Part shown: piece by piece, positions 49,345 through 61,925 of the stretch
How positions within the stretch are numbered: position 1 is the stretch's first letter
How the letters are laid out: every line of letters starts with the position of its first letter
Source: Macrostomum hystrix
Taxonomy: Eukaryota > Animalia > Platyhelminthes
Assembly: GCA_950097015.1 (NCBI GenBank)
Contig: CATNEN010000007.1
Span: 5,022,001-5,086,000, forward strand
Direction: 5' to 3'
Length of the DNA stretch: 64,000 bases
The notes under the pieces: generated by a model
The model's database searches: none
Told to the model about the DNA's origin: nothing
Seen by the model: the letters and a program-made list of their open reading frames with translations, nothing else
Made by a program: the position numbers and the translations under genes

Positions 49345-49889
49345 TAGGACACTAGCATATATATGATAAATAAGAAAGTATAAAAATATATTAGGAAACA
49401 AAGTAGCAAATCTACTAAGCTAGATCAGGTAGCAAGGCACAAAGTAACCTAGGTTTAGAGGACAGATCAAGGTAGAGATTGTCTCAGTGAGTGCATTATA
49501 GATTCAAGTTCATAGTTCAATGTGAACTAAAGCCTTAAAAAACCTTCATTTTTATCGAAATATGTAAGTCTAAAAACTTGAACTTGTATCACTATAAATT
49601 CACTGTTACTTTAAGGTTTGAGTTTTCGTTCCTAATGATAACGTTTCATTATGATTCAGGTAAGTAGAGATATATAATTTTAAGGTGTAGCTTTTTCTCA
49701 CTGTCATAATAACTCGTAGTAGTTAGAGCCAAGTTAAAATAATAAAACGGTTCTGGATAGCTGACCCTTTTAAAAAATGTTCTCTCGTTCTAGAGTCTAT
49801 GCGCACACGTCATTTGCATTGATTTCAGGTAGGTTTTCGCTCTAGAAAAACTCCAAGTGCATTGGAATCAGGCCCAAAGTGTTCCACTG

Positions 49890-50579
49890 ATGACAACCTC
49901 GGATGAAGGACAGTTGGCGGCGACTCCCCCGGTCGGTAGCAACCTATTAAATCCCGACTCAAATGAGGATATTTCTCCCAATGGTGATTGTCGGCCAGTC
50001 GAATCTGAGGCCCCTGTTGAACTGCGGCGGCGCGTCCCGCCGACGGATTCTTATTCACTGACCCGCGACATCGCTGCTGATGGCGAAGGTGTCGATAGCG
50101 AGACGGCGACTTGCGTCACTCCTCCGCCAACCCCGCAGCAGGCTAGCGTCATTCGCCCCGTCTCCATTTTAAAAACTCCCTCGCAGGCCTCTCTATTACT
50201 CGATTCTTCGTCGAATTCGCCGACAACGGCGGCCGCGGCTTCGTCGTCTGCGGCGACCCCCAGCGCGGCAGTCGCTGGCAAGCGAGTCCGATTCGCCAAG
50301 AAGATCGAGCACCGCTATTGGTTCCAGCCCGATCCTAGCCAGCACGCGCATCACTACCAGCATCAGTACTACTATCAGCAGCAGCAGCGGCACAATGGCC
50401 TGCTGGACCGCGATAGCAGCGTTGTGGCCCTGCTCACCATTATACTGGCCCTGCTCATAGCCCTGGCCATTGTGGCCTCATATTGTCGCGCCCAGCCTGG
50501 TCTGTGCGCGGCCTACGCCGGTGGGCCCTACTGGCCTGATGCGGCTGTGCGGCTGGCCAGGAGTCTGCGACTCATCTGA
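49890..50579 (+). CDS. Tail-anchored membrane protein with SILK and RVxF PP1-docking motifs (consortin C-terminal-like)
   Basis: 229-aa non-repetitive GC3-rich ORF: disordered S/P/T-rich N-terminus, SILK (50163-50174), KRVRF (50280-50294), hydrophobic helix VVALLTIILALLIALAIVASY (from ~50421) followed by YC-x6-C. A small upstream exon (ATG 49635, donor gtaagt 49660, acceptor 49845) could extend it in frame. Confidence 0.72.
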   Translation: MTTSDEGQLAATPPVGSNLLNPDSNEDISPNGDCRPVESEAPVELRRRVPPTDSYSLTRDIAADGEGVDSETATCVTPPPTPQQASVIRPVSILKTPSQASLLLDSSSNSPTTAAAASSSAATPSAAVAGKRVRFAKKIEHRYWFQPDPSQHAHHYQHQYYYQQQQRHNGLLDRDSSVVALLTIILALLIALAIVASYCRAQPGLCAAYAGGPYWPDAAVRLARSLRLI

Positions 50580-51717
50580 TTGGCTGACTCGGAATTATCT
50601 GATTAGCTGACTCGGAATTATCTGCTAGTATCTGATTGGCTGACTCGGAATTCTCTGCTAGTATCTGATTGACTGACTCAGAATTCTCTGCTAGTATCTG
50701 ATTGGCTGACTCAGAATTCTCTGCTAGTATCTGATTGGCTGACTCAGAATTCTCTGCTAGTATCTGATTGGCTGACTCAGAATTCTCTGCTAGTATCTGC
50801 TTGGCTGACTCAGAATTATCTGCTAGTATCTGATTGGCTGACTCGGAATTATCTGCTAGTATCTGATTGGCTGACTCGGAATTATCTGCTAGTATCTGAT
50901 TGGCTGACTCGGAATTATCTGCTAGTATCTGATTGTCTGACTCGGAATTATCTGCTAGTATCTGATTGGCTGACTCGGAATTATCTGCTAGTATCTGATT
51001 GGCTGACTCGGAATTATTTGCTAGTATCTGATTGTCTGACTCGTAATTCTCTGCTAGTATCTGATTAGCTGACTCGGAATTCTCTGCTAGTATCTGATTG
51101 GCTGACTCGGAATTCTCTGCTAGTATCTGATTGGCTGACTCGGAATTCTCTGCTAGTATCTGATTGGCTGACTCGGAATTATCTGCTAGTATCTGATTGG
51201 CTGACTCGGAATTATCTGCTAGTATCTGATTGGCTGACTCGGAATTATCTGCTAGTATCTGATTGTCTGACTCGGAATTATCTGCTAGTATCTGATTGGC
51301 TGACTCGGAATTATCTGCTAGTATCTGATTGGCTGACTCGGAATTATTTGCTAGTATCTGATTGTCTGACTCGTAATTCTCTGCTAGTATCTGATTAGCT
51401 GACTCGGAATTCTCTGCTAGTATCTGATTGGCTGACTCGGAATTCTCTGCTAGTATCTGATTGTCTGACTCGGAATTCTCTGCTTGTATCTGATTGGCTG
51501 ACTCGGAATTCTCTGCTTGTATCTGATTGGCTGACTCGGAATTATCTGCTAGTATCTGATTGGCTGACTCGGAATTCTCTGCTTGTATCTGATTGGCTGA
51601 CTCGGAATTATCTGCTAGTATCTGATTGGCTGACTCGGAATTCTCTGCTTGTATCTGATTGGCTGACTCGGAATTATCTGCTAGTATCTGATTGGCTGAC
51701 TCGGAATTATCTGATTG
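50576..51717. repeat. 33-bp minisatellite (TCTGATTGGCTGACTCGGAATTATCTGCTAGTA)n
   Basis: ~34 copies; 330-bp (10-unit) higher-order duplication (51011 vs 51341); the first unit overlaps the stop codon of the upstream ORF. Confidence 0.95.
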
Positions 51718-52518
51718 GTTGGCTGGTTAGTTGGGAACTTGAATGTTAAACGATTAGCAGAATACGATTTAAGAGTTATATTAGGATTACCGCAATTAGC
51801 TGGTCGGTTTGCTGATCTCCAAAATAATATTTTCACAATCCCCTTTTCAATCCCCATTTGACGATCCGAAAGCTGATTTCTACTATTGGATAAGCTTGTT
51901 TCAACAATTCATATTTATAATCCAACATATTATATTTCCCGAAGATCAAAATCCTATAATGGTTTCAAACTACTAAAATTTCATTTCCATATTGGCGTTT
52001 CATAATCCTGGAAACATGTTTCCACATTGTGGAAATACATTTTTACAATGAGATTTCATAATCCTCTTAACCTCTATACTCTATAGTTTCACATAGCATA
52101 GTCAAACCAAATGTAGCAATAAACAATTTCACCAGTTCAGGTGCCAATTTAAAGTTTGACTTGTCTGTACATTGCCTAGCTATTAGCTTGCTGTGTGTGT
52201 GTGTTTGCTTGTTCTGAAAGGGAACAAGTTTTTCATCCAACAACATTCTTTGTTTACGAAGTTTTGCATATACTGCTAGCAGTAGCGGATTTGAATGACA
52301 CTGCGAATTTGAGATTTTTTGCTTTTTTCTGCACTTTGATTTTCATTTGTGCAAAATCTTCTGTCAGAATTCAATAAACCTAAAATATTCATTTTACGTT
52401 TTATATCTGTGATAGCTCCCACTCATTTTGTTAAATTTCTCTTAAAATTAATTTGACTAATTATTCAATGCTTACATATTGGCCATAACCCTCACTAATC
52501 CTTAAAGTGGGAAAACGA

Positions 52519-53500
52519 ATCCCAGATCCTCAGATTGGGATAATACACTCCCTGATCCTCAGATTGGGATAATACACTCCCTGATCCTCAGATTGGGATA
52601 ATACACTCCCTGATCCTCAGATTGGGATAACACACTCCCCGATCCTCAGATTGGGATAACACACTCCCCGATCCTCAAATTGGGATAATACACTCCCCGA
52701 TCCTCAAATTGGGATAACACACTCCCAGATCCTCAGATTGGGATAATACACTCCCTGATCCTCAAATTGGGATAACACACACCCAGATCCACAGATTGGG
52801 ATAACACTCCCAGATCCACAGATTGGGATAACACTCCCAGATCCTCAGATTGGGATAATACACTCCCTGATCCTCAGATTGGGATAACACACTCCCCGAT
52901 CCTCAAATTGGGATAACACACTCCCAGATCCTCAGATTGGGATAACACACTCCCCGATCCTCAAATTGGGATAACACACTCCCTGATCCTCAGATTGGGA
53001 TAACACACTCCCCGATCCTCAAATTGGGATAACACACTCCCAGATCCTCAGATTGGGATAACACACTCCCCGATCCTCAGATTGGGATAATACACTCCCT
53101 GATCCTCAGATTGGGATAACACACTCCCCGATCCTCAAATTGGGATAACACACTCCCAGATCCTCAGATTGGGATAACACACTCCCCGATCCTCAAATTG
53201 GGATAACACACTCCCAGATCCTCAGATTGGGATAATACACTCCCTGATCCTCAGATTGGGATAACACACACCCAGATCCACAGATTGGGATAACACTCCC
53301 AGATCCACAGATTGGGATAACACTCCCAGATCCTCAGATTGGGATAATACACCCCCTGATCCTCAGATTGGGATAATACACTCCCTGATCCTCAGATTGG
53401 GATAACACACACCCAGATCCACAGATTGGGATAACACTCCCAGATCCACAGATTGGGATAACACTCCCAGATCCTCAGATTGGGATAACACTCCGTGATC
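52519..53500. repeat. 27-29-bp minisatellite (GATCCTCAGATTGGGATAATACACTCCCT)n
   Basis: ~34 copies. Confidence 0.95.
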
Positions 53501-54957
53501 CTATCTTTCAGTGTAATGTGCATTTTTATAAGTGCGTATTGCTTCAAATTGAATGACGAATTTGCTAAAAATGTGCTACTTTTTCTGTTCTAGCTTGCAG
53601 GATTTGCAGCGTTAGTAGTATGCAGCGTGCATAGCTAGTATTATTTGTCTAGATGATGTGTCACACTGCTCAAAGACTGGCTATGATCATTGTGGCGCTG
53701 CTCCGATGTAATGGATTGCTAAACTGTGCCACACTGTGCGTAGCTTGCACTACACAGAAATGCTTTGAAAATTCATGGCTTTCTTTTTTTACTATAATGT
53801 TTCCTTTACCTCTCCTTATCCATATTTGATTGATTGATTGATTGTCGGTAGCAGTTGTTGGGTCGCTGCTAAATTAGATTTTATGAATTAGTCCATTTCC
53901 GTTTGTTTTGTAGCACAGATTGCGCCAGTGATTTTACTCTCAATTGGCTTGTTTGTTAACTGTTTTTACATTTCTTACTAGCTATGGTATCTCTGGTCCC
54001 TAATGCGGAGTTATTGCTTTGCTGCTTTTAACTTTGCTGTTTTTGTACATGTCCATATTCTAGCTATTTGTCAGCTTATGCAATCATTATTTTGCCTTTT
54101 GCAAGTGAATTTTCGAAAAATTGTTCATTGATTCGGATCGTTAAATAAAAGTACAAATTGCAAGGTACACCATTGTTTTGGAACTAGTGTCATGTCATTG
54201 TTTCTGCTCCTAGCAGAAATTTTAAATGCTCTTGTTCTGATTAAAAAATATCGTTAGTATTTTTAACGCGAGTTGCAAAAAGTAACGAATAGCAGAAGCG
54301 CGAATGGCGGTAGTGTCTATGGTACAAGTAAGCCAGCTGATAAGCATCATAATCCAGTGTTTGTATACACATCGGTTCATCTAGACTCATTCTGTTCTGG
54401 ACTGGGGTAACAACGAAAAGCACTCACAATTGGCATCACAATCTTTTAGAGACCTCTTTGTCATATATTCGCCTTTAACTTGAACCTAATTCTGTCCGAC
54501 AAAGACCTAATTTTCCTTTCTAGTCTTTGTCCAGATGAGCTGTGAAATTTGAAGTATATAATGAGGGGGTTTGCGTCGGCATGCGCCTTCACCATGGACT
54601 GCGGCGAATTGGCTGACAGGCGCGTCTGTGGGGGCGGGTCCGCCGGCGGTTCGCACCCTCGTGATGCTCGGCTGCGATAAGGCGAGAGACCCGTCTCAAC
54701 TTTCCCTCGATTCACAAAAACAGCGAAAAACATTTGAGCATAGGCAACACCGGAGAGCTGGACTGTGGGAGAATGCTGGACGAAACTGGAGGTGACGAAA
54801 CTAAGCATTGGGAACAGAATTGAGCAACTCAATTGCTGCTTGTTATCGAACATTGCGAGGGGGATAACGTTGACAGGGTCATGGGGTAGAACGAGGAGGA
54901 GAGATGCAGATGGTGTAGAGAGAAGTTGAGAAAAGGGAGATATGTTGGAGCGGAAGT

Positions 54958-56088
54958 GGGAGATTTGGTAGACAGGGAGAATTGGTAGACAGGGGGGGAT
55001 TCGGTAGACAGAGGGAGATTTGGTAGACAGAGGGAGAATTGGTAGACAGAGGAAGAATTGGTAGACAGAGGAAGAATTGGTAGACAGGGAGAATTGGTAG
55101 ACAGAGGAAGAATTGGTAGACAGAGGAAGAATTGGTAGACAGGGAGAATTGGTAGACAGGGAAAATTGGTAGACAGAGGAAGAATTGGTAGACAGAGGGA
55201 GATTTGGTAGACAGAGGGAGAATTGGTAGACAGAAGAAGACTTGGTAGACAGAGGGAGAATTGGTAGACAGAGGGAGAATTGGTAGACAGAGGGAGAATT
55301 GGTAGACAGAGGAAGAATTGATAGACAGGGAGAATTGGTAGACAGAGGGAGAATTGGTAGACAGAGGGAGATTTGGTAGACAGAGGGAGAATTGGTAGAC
55401 AGAGGAAGAATTGGTAGACAGAGGAAGAATTGGTAGACTGAGGGAGATTTGGTAGACAGAGGGAGAATTGGTAGACAGAAGAAGACTTGGTAGACAGAGG
55501 GAGATTTGGTAGACAGAGGGAGAATTGCTAGACAGGGAGAATTGGTAGACAGAGGGAGAATTGGTAGACAGGGAGAATTGGTAGACAGAGGGAGAATTGG
55601 TAGACAGAGGGAGAATTGGTAGACAGAGGGAGAATTGGTAGACAGAGGGAGAATTGGTAGACAGAGGGAGAATTGGTAGACAGAGGGAGAATTGCTAGAC
55701 AGAGTGAGAATTGGTAGATAGAGGAAGATTTGGTAGACAGAGGAAGAATTGGTAGACAGAGGGAGAATTGGTAGACAGAGGAAGATTTGGTAGACAGAGG
55801 AAGAATTGGTAGACAGAGGGAGAATTGGTAGACAGAGGAAGATTTGGTAGACAGAGGAAGATTTGGTAGACAGAGGAAGAATTGGTAGACAGAGGAAGAA
55901 TTGGTAGACAGAGGGAGAATTGGTAGACAGAGGAAGAATTGGTAGACAGAGGAAGAATTGGTAGACAGAGGGAGAATTGGTAGACAGAGGGAGAATTGGT
56001 AGACAGAGGAAGATTTGGTAGACAGAGGGAGAATTGGTAGACAGAGGAAGATTTGGTAGACAGAGGAAGAATTGGTAGACAGAGGGAG
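54958..56088. repeat. 17-19-bp minisatellite (GGTAGACAGAGGGAGAATT)n
   Basis: ~60 copies. Confidence 0.95.
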
Positions 56089-56734
56089 AAGGTCTGTCTG
56101 AGGAATCAACACCAACTAAACAGCAGTAATGGCGCTGCATTTCAGCCAAGCATTTGCAATGAAATGAAACAAATTTTGTCCAGCCGGTAAAGATTAGCAT
56201 TTATAAAGCCTTGTCTAAACTGCCCCAATTTCCATTCAGCTTATCCTCTGACCTGCTTCCAGTAATTGAATTTCTTAAATTTCAGTCTTGTGGAAGAAAG
56301 TTAGGCTGGCAAGTCCTGATCTAAGTTTCACAATTAGGATTAAACACTGCCCTTCAGTGGAGTTTCTCAGATCCCAGCTCAAGGCAATCCGACACCTGAC
56401 CATTTCTCCTCTCTTTTCTCGCACCTAGTGTTTTTCCTGTTTTTAAAGAAAATCGATTTTCTAGAAAATTCTCAAGCATCCAGCCGGCTTTTGAGACTCC
56501 GGCGTCAGATTTCAACCGGCGGCCTCTCTAATCCCCAAACGCGATGCTGGAGATCTCAGGCGCGATATTGACCGGTCCGATGACCGATCCTCATCTCTGC
56601 CATTTCCACCGCGTTTGGTACGTCAGAGCTGTCATACTGCTGTGACTATCCACTGACAGTCATTGGGTCATTTCCTGTTTGCTCATAACTGCATACAAGG
56701 GTCATCGCGATGCTCATAAGTTCGTTAAGTTCAT

Positions 56735-57297
56735 TAGAGGCCATGACCGTAGTCACACTCATAAGTTTATTATAGAGGCCATGACCGCAGTCATACTCAT
56801 TTGTTTATTATAGAGGCCATGACCGCAGTCATGCTCATTAGTTCATTATAGAGGCCATGACCGCAGTCAGGCTCATTAGTTCATTATAGAGGCCATGACC
56901 GCAGTCAGGCTCATTAGTTCATTATAGAGGCCATGACCGTAGTCACACTCATAAGTTCATTATAGAGGCCATGACCGTAGTCACACTCATAAGTTTATTA
57001 TAGAGGCCATGACCGTAGTCACACTCATAAGTTTATTATAGAGGCCATGACCGCAGTCACACTCATAAGTTTATTATAGAGGCCATGACCGTAGTCACAC
57101 TCATAAGTTTATTATAGAGGCCATGACCGCAGTCAGGCTCATTAGTTCATTATAGAGGCCATGACCGCAGTCACACTCATAAGTTTATTATAGAGGCCAT
57201 GACAGCAGTCATGCTTATAAGTTTATTATAGAGGCCATGACCGTAGTCACACTTATAAGTTCATTATAGAGGCCATGACCGCAGTCATGCTTATAAG
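56735..57297. repeat. 38-bp minisatellite (TATAGAGGCCATGACCGCAGTCACACTCATAAGTTTAT)n
   Basis: ~15 copies. Confidence 0.93.
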
Positions 57298-57904
57298 AAA
57301 TTTTCAAACGTCATTAACATGATCGTGACCACCGACCACCCATGCTAGACAGTAAATCTCAACAATCAGTCACTGCTATAGCTTCACTCGCCGAAGCCTC
57401 GCCGAGGCTGTTGCTATTTGGCATTGAACAGTTCAAGCGAGACAGTCGAGCCGATGTCGGGAATGAAAAAAATAAGTTCGAATCAATCTCACAGCCCGAG
57501 GGGGGATAAAAAAGATTTCCGAAGCCGAAGCGGATGGCCGGACAGTCGAGTTGTCAGGGGAAGAATTGTGTGAGCAGCCGCGATCGATGCTTCAATGTCT
57601 TTGAGTCAGCCAAGACAGGATTCACTTCAGCCAGGAAACCGAGTGTCTGCTGCCACCGGCTGAGCTGCTCGTCAAAACACTCGGGGTGGTGGGTTCAGGG
57701 CTGCTGAAACTGTCATTCTTTGTCTTGTCTTCAGAATTTCTCTTATTGAAGCCATTGGCTTTTGAGATGAATGAGAACATAGCAATGGCACACTCAAAGA
57801 TTGTGGAATGTGGATTGTGGAATATATTTCGGTCAATTTGGAAAAACTCAGTTGAAAATAATAACAAAAAGCTATGACTTAAATCAGTTTTTATAAGAAA
57901 TCAT

Positions 57905-58460
57905 TAGGGAAATCAGGTCATAAGGAAATCAGGTCATTAAGGAAATCAGGTCATTAGGGAAATCAGGTCATTAAGGAAATCAGGTCATTAAGGAAATAAG
58001 GTCATTAAGGAAATCAGGTCATTAGGGAAATCAGGTCATTAAGGAAATCAGGTCATTAGGGAAATCAGGTCATTAGGGAAATCAGGTCATTAAGGAAATC
58101 AGGTCATTAAGGAAATAAGGTCATTAAGGAAATCAGGTCATTAGGGAAATCAGGTCATTAAGGAAATCAGGTCATTAGGGAAATCAGGTCATTAGGGAAA
58201 TCAGGTCATTAAGGAAATCAGGTCATTAAGGAAATCAGGTCATTAAGGAAATCAGGTCATTAAGGAAATCAGGTCATATTGGAAGGATCAGGTCATGATG
58301 GAAGGACCAGGTCATATTGGAAGGTTCAGGTCATGATGGAAGGATAAGGTCATAATGGAAGGATCAGGTCATGATGGAAGGATAAGGTCATAATGGAAGG
58401 ACCAGGTCATATTGGAAGGTTCAGGTCATGATGGAAGGATAAGGTCATAATGGAAGGATC
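57905..58460. repeat. 17-bp (GGAAATCAGGTCATTAA)n grading into 19-bp (GGAAGGATCAGGTCATGAT)n
   Basis: Unit change near 58278. Confidence 0.92.
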
Positions 58461-59225
58461 AGATGATAATGATCAGGTGATTTGGAGACCTAGGATCAAA
58501 TAGGATATTGATTCAGTCGGCTAATTGCAAAGGTACAATACACAGCTCAGTGCTCATTCACATGTTTGTGTTAGCCAAATTGCGTCATTAGTCTAGCGGG
58601 AGCCCTAACAAAACTCATAAACAAATATGTGGTCTATCATCCTTGGTGGTTCGCAATGAATTTCTGGGCCATTGTTTGCCAGCCGCGGTGACGTCAATTC
58701 GGTTAGTTCTATGGCCCAAACACTTCTAGTCAGTGAAATCACTGCGAGTTTGAGCAAACTGGTCTCGCTTTTTCTTCCCCTCCTTCTCCCCGCCGGTTCT
58801 ATCTCTATCGCCGGACCATTGCCCGGCCTGTTTGCACAATATCCCATTTCCCCGAAGCCGGGAATAGATTTGGAATCAGTAGGAAGGCGGAGGCCGAAGG
58901 TTCCTGGCTCGAAAGTCGGTTTTGAGTTCGACAGAAATTTTTCCTTGGCCACAGAAGCCACTCGAAAACTGACTTTGGCCCGCCTCTGTCCGCTCACCTA
59001 TATGGGAAATTCGTATTGGGGGAAAATATTAGTAGGAAAATGGGAGGGGAGCACGCCCGGTCAGCGGACGGAACTAGATTATTCCTCAAAAGAGGGGTGC
59101 TAAGGACAGTGGGAAGAAACCAGATCCCATTGCAAATAGTGCTAAGCTTAGTTGTGGGGGCATTGGATGGTGTGGGGTGGTTGTCTACGGCCAACAATCC
59201 AATATCCGTCAAATCCCCTCTACTG

Positions 59226-59272
<47 letters not shown>
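59226..59272. repeat. (GT)n microsatellite
   Basis: ~23 units. Confidence 0.95.
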
Positions 59273-59275
<3 letters not shown>

Positions 59276-59619
59276 CTAGGGCACAGAAGGCTAAAAAACT
59301 GCTTTGACAGCAGCTGCTCAGTTTGAGAATTGAAAGCCAACTCAAAGGCGTCTTGGGAATCGAATGGAGCAAGAGGGAAAGCCTGTGTTTGCTCACGCTG
59401 TGTGCTCAAACGGTGTCTTGTGAAGTTAGAAATCAACTTCACGTGTTTTTTCAGTTTTTTTGGCTTGTCAGTCAAGCTACATGGGGAATTGAGGATATTA
59501 AATTCTTATTAATGTGTTATCCGTGATTTTTCGGGAACTTAACAGGCTGTGGCAGGTGACATTGATGCAATGTGATTGGTCGAACGGAAGTGATTTCGCT
59601 GGAGTGACAGAGAGTAATT

Positions 59620-59910
59620 TCAAAGTGTGACAAAGAGTGCTTTCGAAGTTCTGACAAGATTACTTTCGTATGAGAAACAGAGAGTAACAAAAGAGTGCTT
59701 TCGCATGAGAAACAGAGAGTAACAAAGAGTGCTTTTGCATGAGAAACAGAGAGTGACAAAGAGTGCTTTCGCATGAGAAACAGAGAGTAACAAAGAGTGC
59801 TTTCGCATGAGAAACAGAGAGTAACAAAGAGTGCTTTCGCATGAGAGACAGAGAGTAACAAAGAGTGCTTTCGCAGGAGAAGCAGAGAGTGACAAAGAGT
59901 GCTTTCGCAG
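59620..59910. repeat. 34-bp minisatellite (GAGAGTAACAAAGAGTGCTTTCGCATGAGAAACA)n
   Basis: ~8 copies with degenerate ends. Confidence 0.88.
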
Positions 59911-61044
59911 GAATGACAAATAGTGCATGTTCATCGAAATGTGCAAACTGCTATAGACAGCATCTGTGAAATTACATCATTTTGCGCAGTCAAAGAAAAT
60001 TGTTTCATAAAATTTCAGTGCAATCCCTGGCAACACCTGTGACAGGCCGCATTTCACACTTTCACATGCCAGGCAATTTGTTATATAGGTGACCAAATCA
60101 AGCCTATAATTGTGCCGCTAGTGACAGGAACGGCCCCCCAATGCATACCTTCGGGGTAGACAAGCTAAGCTAATATTATTTCCAGGTGTCTACATCAGTA
60201 GGCTACCAAATATCCCATCTTGTCCCATTAAATAGCTGACCAGATCAGTAAGAAAACTGACAAATGACAGGTCTAGCACCGGCCTGCATCCATCTGTGGA
60301 GCTGTTTTTGCACATTCTTTCGCATTTGAGAAGACCATAAGGCGTACGGTCATCTCTATAATGAGCCGAATTGATCAGAACGCCTTGCTCCAGGTGTGAC
60401 GCAATCAGTTTGAGCAGGGTCCAACGGTGCTATTTTTGGTATCCCTGTAATTACAATTTTGCACAAGGAGTGCATTGCTATGTAATTGTGATTATATATG
60501 CCCAAAAAATGAGGCCCATGTTATGAAAGGGACATTGTGAATGACATACACAAGCCAAGCATTCACCAATGCCAATGAACTTGAGCTCTTGTCTCCTTAA
60601 TGAGCTGGGAGCAGGAAGTGGCCTTATCTGATCCGATAATCTCACCGGATCTCATATTTGCCTCGGCTCATAAAACTCGCCCTGTCTATGGCACAGAGTG
60701 TCCCTAAATTTGATGAGGTCCAATGTCATTAGAGAGTATAGGCAATAGTTTCAGGTTCATTGTATCGAGTCCAGGCTGCTTGGGTCATTATAATAGGCTT
60801 CTGTCACCGCCAGATCTATGGATTTTGATCAGTTCGACAGCTCCAATAGCCAAAATGACGAGTCCAACAGCAACTGACTAACCTGTCGCTGTGGCATTAA
60901 ACAGGATTTTCGAGGAATTAAAAAGGATTTTAACTCGTTAAACATGTTTGTCTGTGACACTTGTTACTTTATACTGTGAAATCTCTTTATGCACCTCTTC
61001 AGTTTTCACTCGAAATCGTCACAACGGTGTAAAAAGGGTGAAAA

Positions 61045-61925
61045 TGACATCACCATCTTTTCTATGGACATCACCATCTTTTCTATCGACACCTCCATCT
61101 TTTCTATGGACACCACCATCTTTTCTATGGACACCTCCATCTTTTCTATGGACACCACCATCTTTTCTATGGACACCTCCAACTTTTCTATGGACATCAC
61201 CATCTTTTCTATAGACACCACCATCTTTTCTATGGACATCACCATCTTTTCTATGGACACCTCCATCTTTTCTATGCACATCACCATCTTTTCTATGGAC
61301 ACCTCCATCTTTTCTATGGACATCACCATCTTTTCTATGGACATCACCATCTTTTCTATGGACACCTCCATCTTTTCTATGGACACCACCATATTTTCTA
61401 TGGACACCACCATCTTTTCTATGGACACCACCATCTTTTCTATGGACACCACCATCTTTTCTATGGACACCACCATCTTTTCTATGGACACCACCATCTT
61501 TTCTATGGACACCTCCAACTTTTCTATGGACACCTCCCTCTTTTATATCCCTCTTTTATATGGACATCACCATCTTTTCTATGGACATCACCATCTTTTC
61601 TATGGACACCAACATCTTTTCTATGGACATCACCATCTTTTCTATGGACACCAACATCTTTTCTATGGACATCACCATATTTTCTATGGACATCACCATC
61701 TTTTCTATGGACACCTCCATCTTTTCTATGGACACCACCATCTTTTCTATGGACACCACCATCTTTTCTATGGACACCACCATCTTTTCTATGGACACCA
61801 CCATCTTTTCTATGGACACCACCATCTTTTCTATGGACACCTCCATTTTTTCTATGGACACACTCATATTTAAATTGGACACCTTCAACCCTTAAATGGA
61901 CACCTCCATCCTTTGAATGGACACC
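61045..61925. repeat. 21-bp minisatellite (ATCTTTTCTATGGACACCACC)n
   Basis: ~40 copies with degenerate GGACACC tail units. Confidence 0.94.

Noticed and set aside
3858-59910. CRISPR-like appearance of 30-52-bp repeat arrays
   Set aside because: Units are contiguous with no unique spacers, there are no cas genes, and the context is eukaryotic.
59940-60950. Possible decayed coding or TE sequence (short TM-like VAVGLVILAIGAVELI on -)
   Set aside because: Frequent stops in all frames and no recognisable family motif.
1749-61860. Shared TATGGACACC 10-mer between the 1734 and 61045 arrays, and AGACACTGT between the 31408 and 42888 arrays
   Set aside because: Matches of 9-10 bp are expected by chance among ~37 units.
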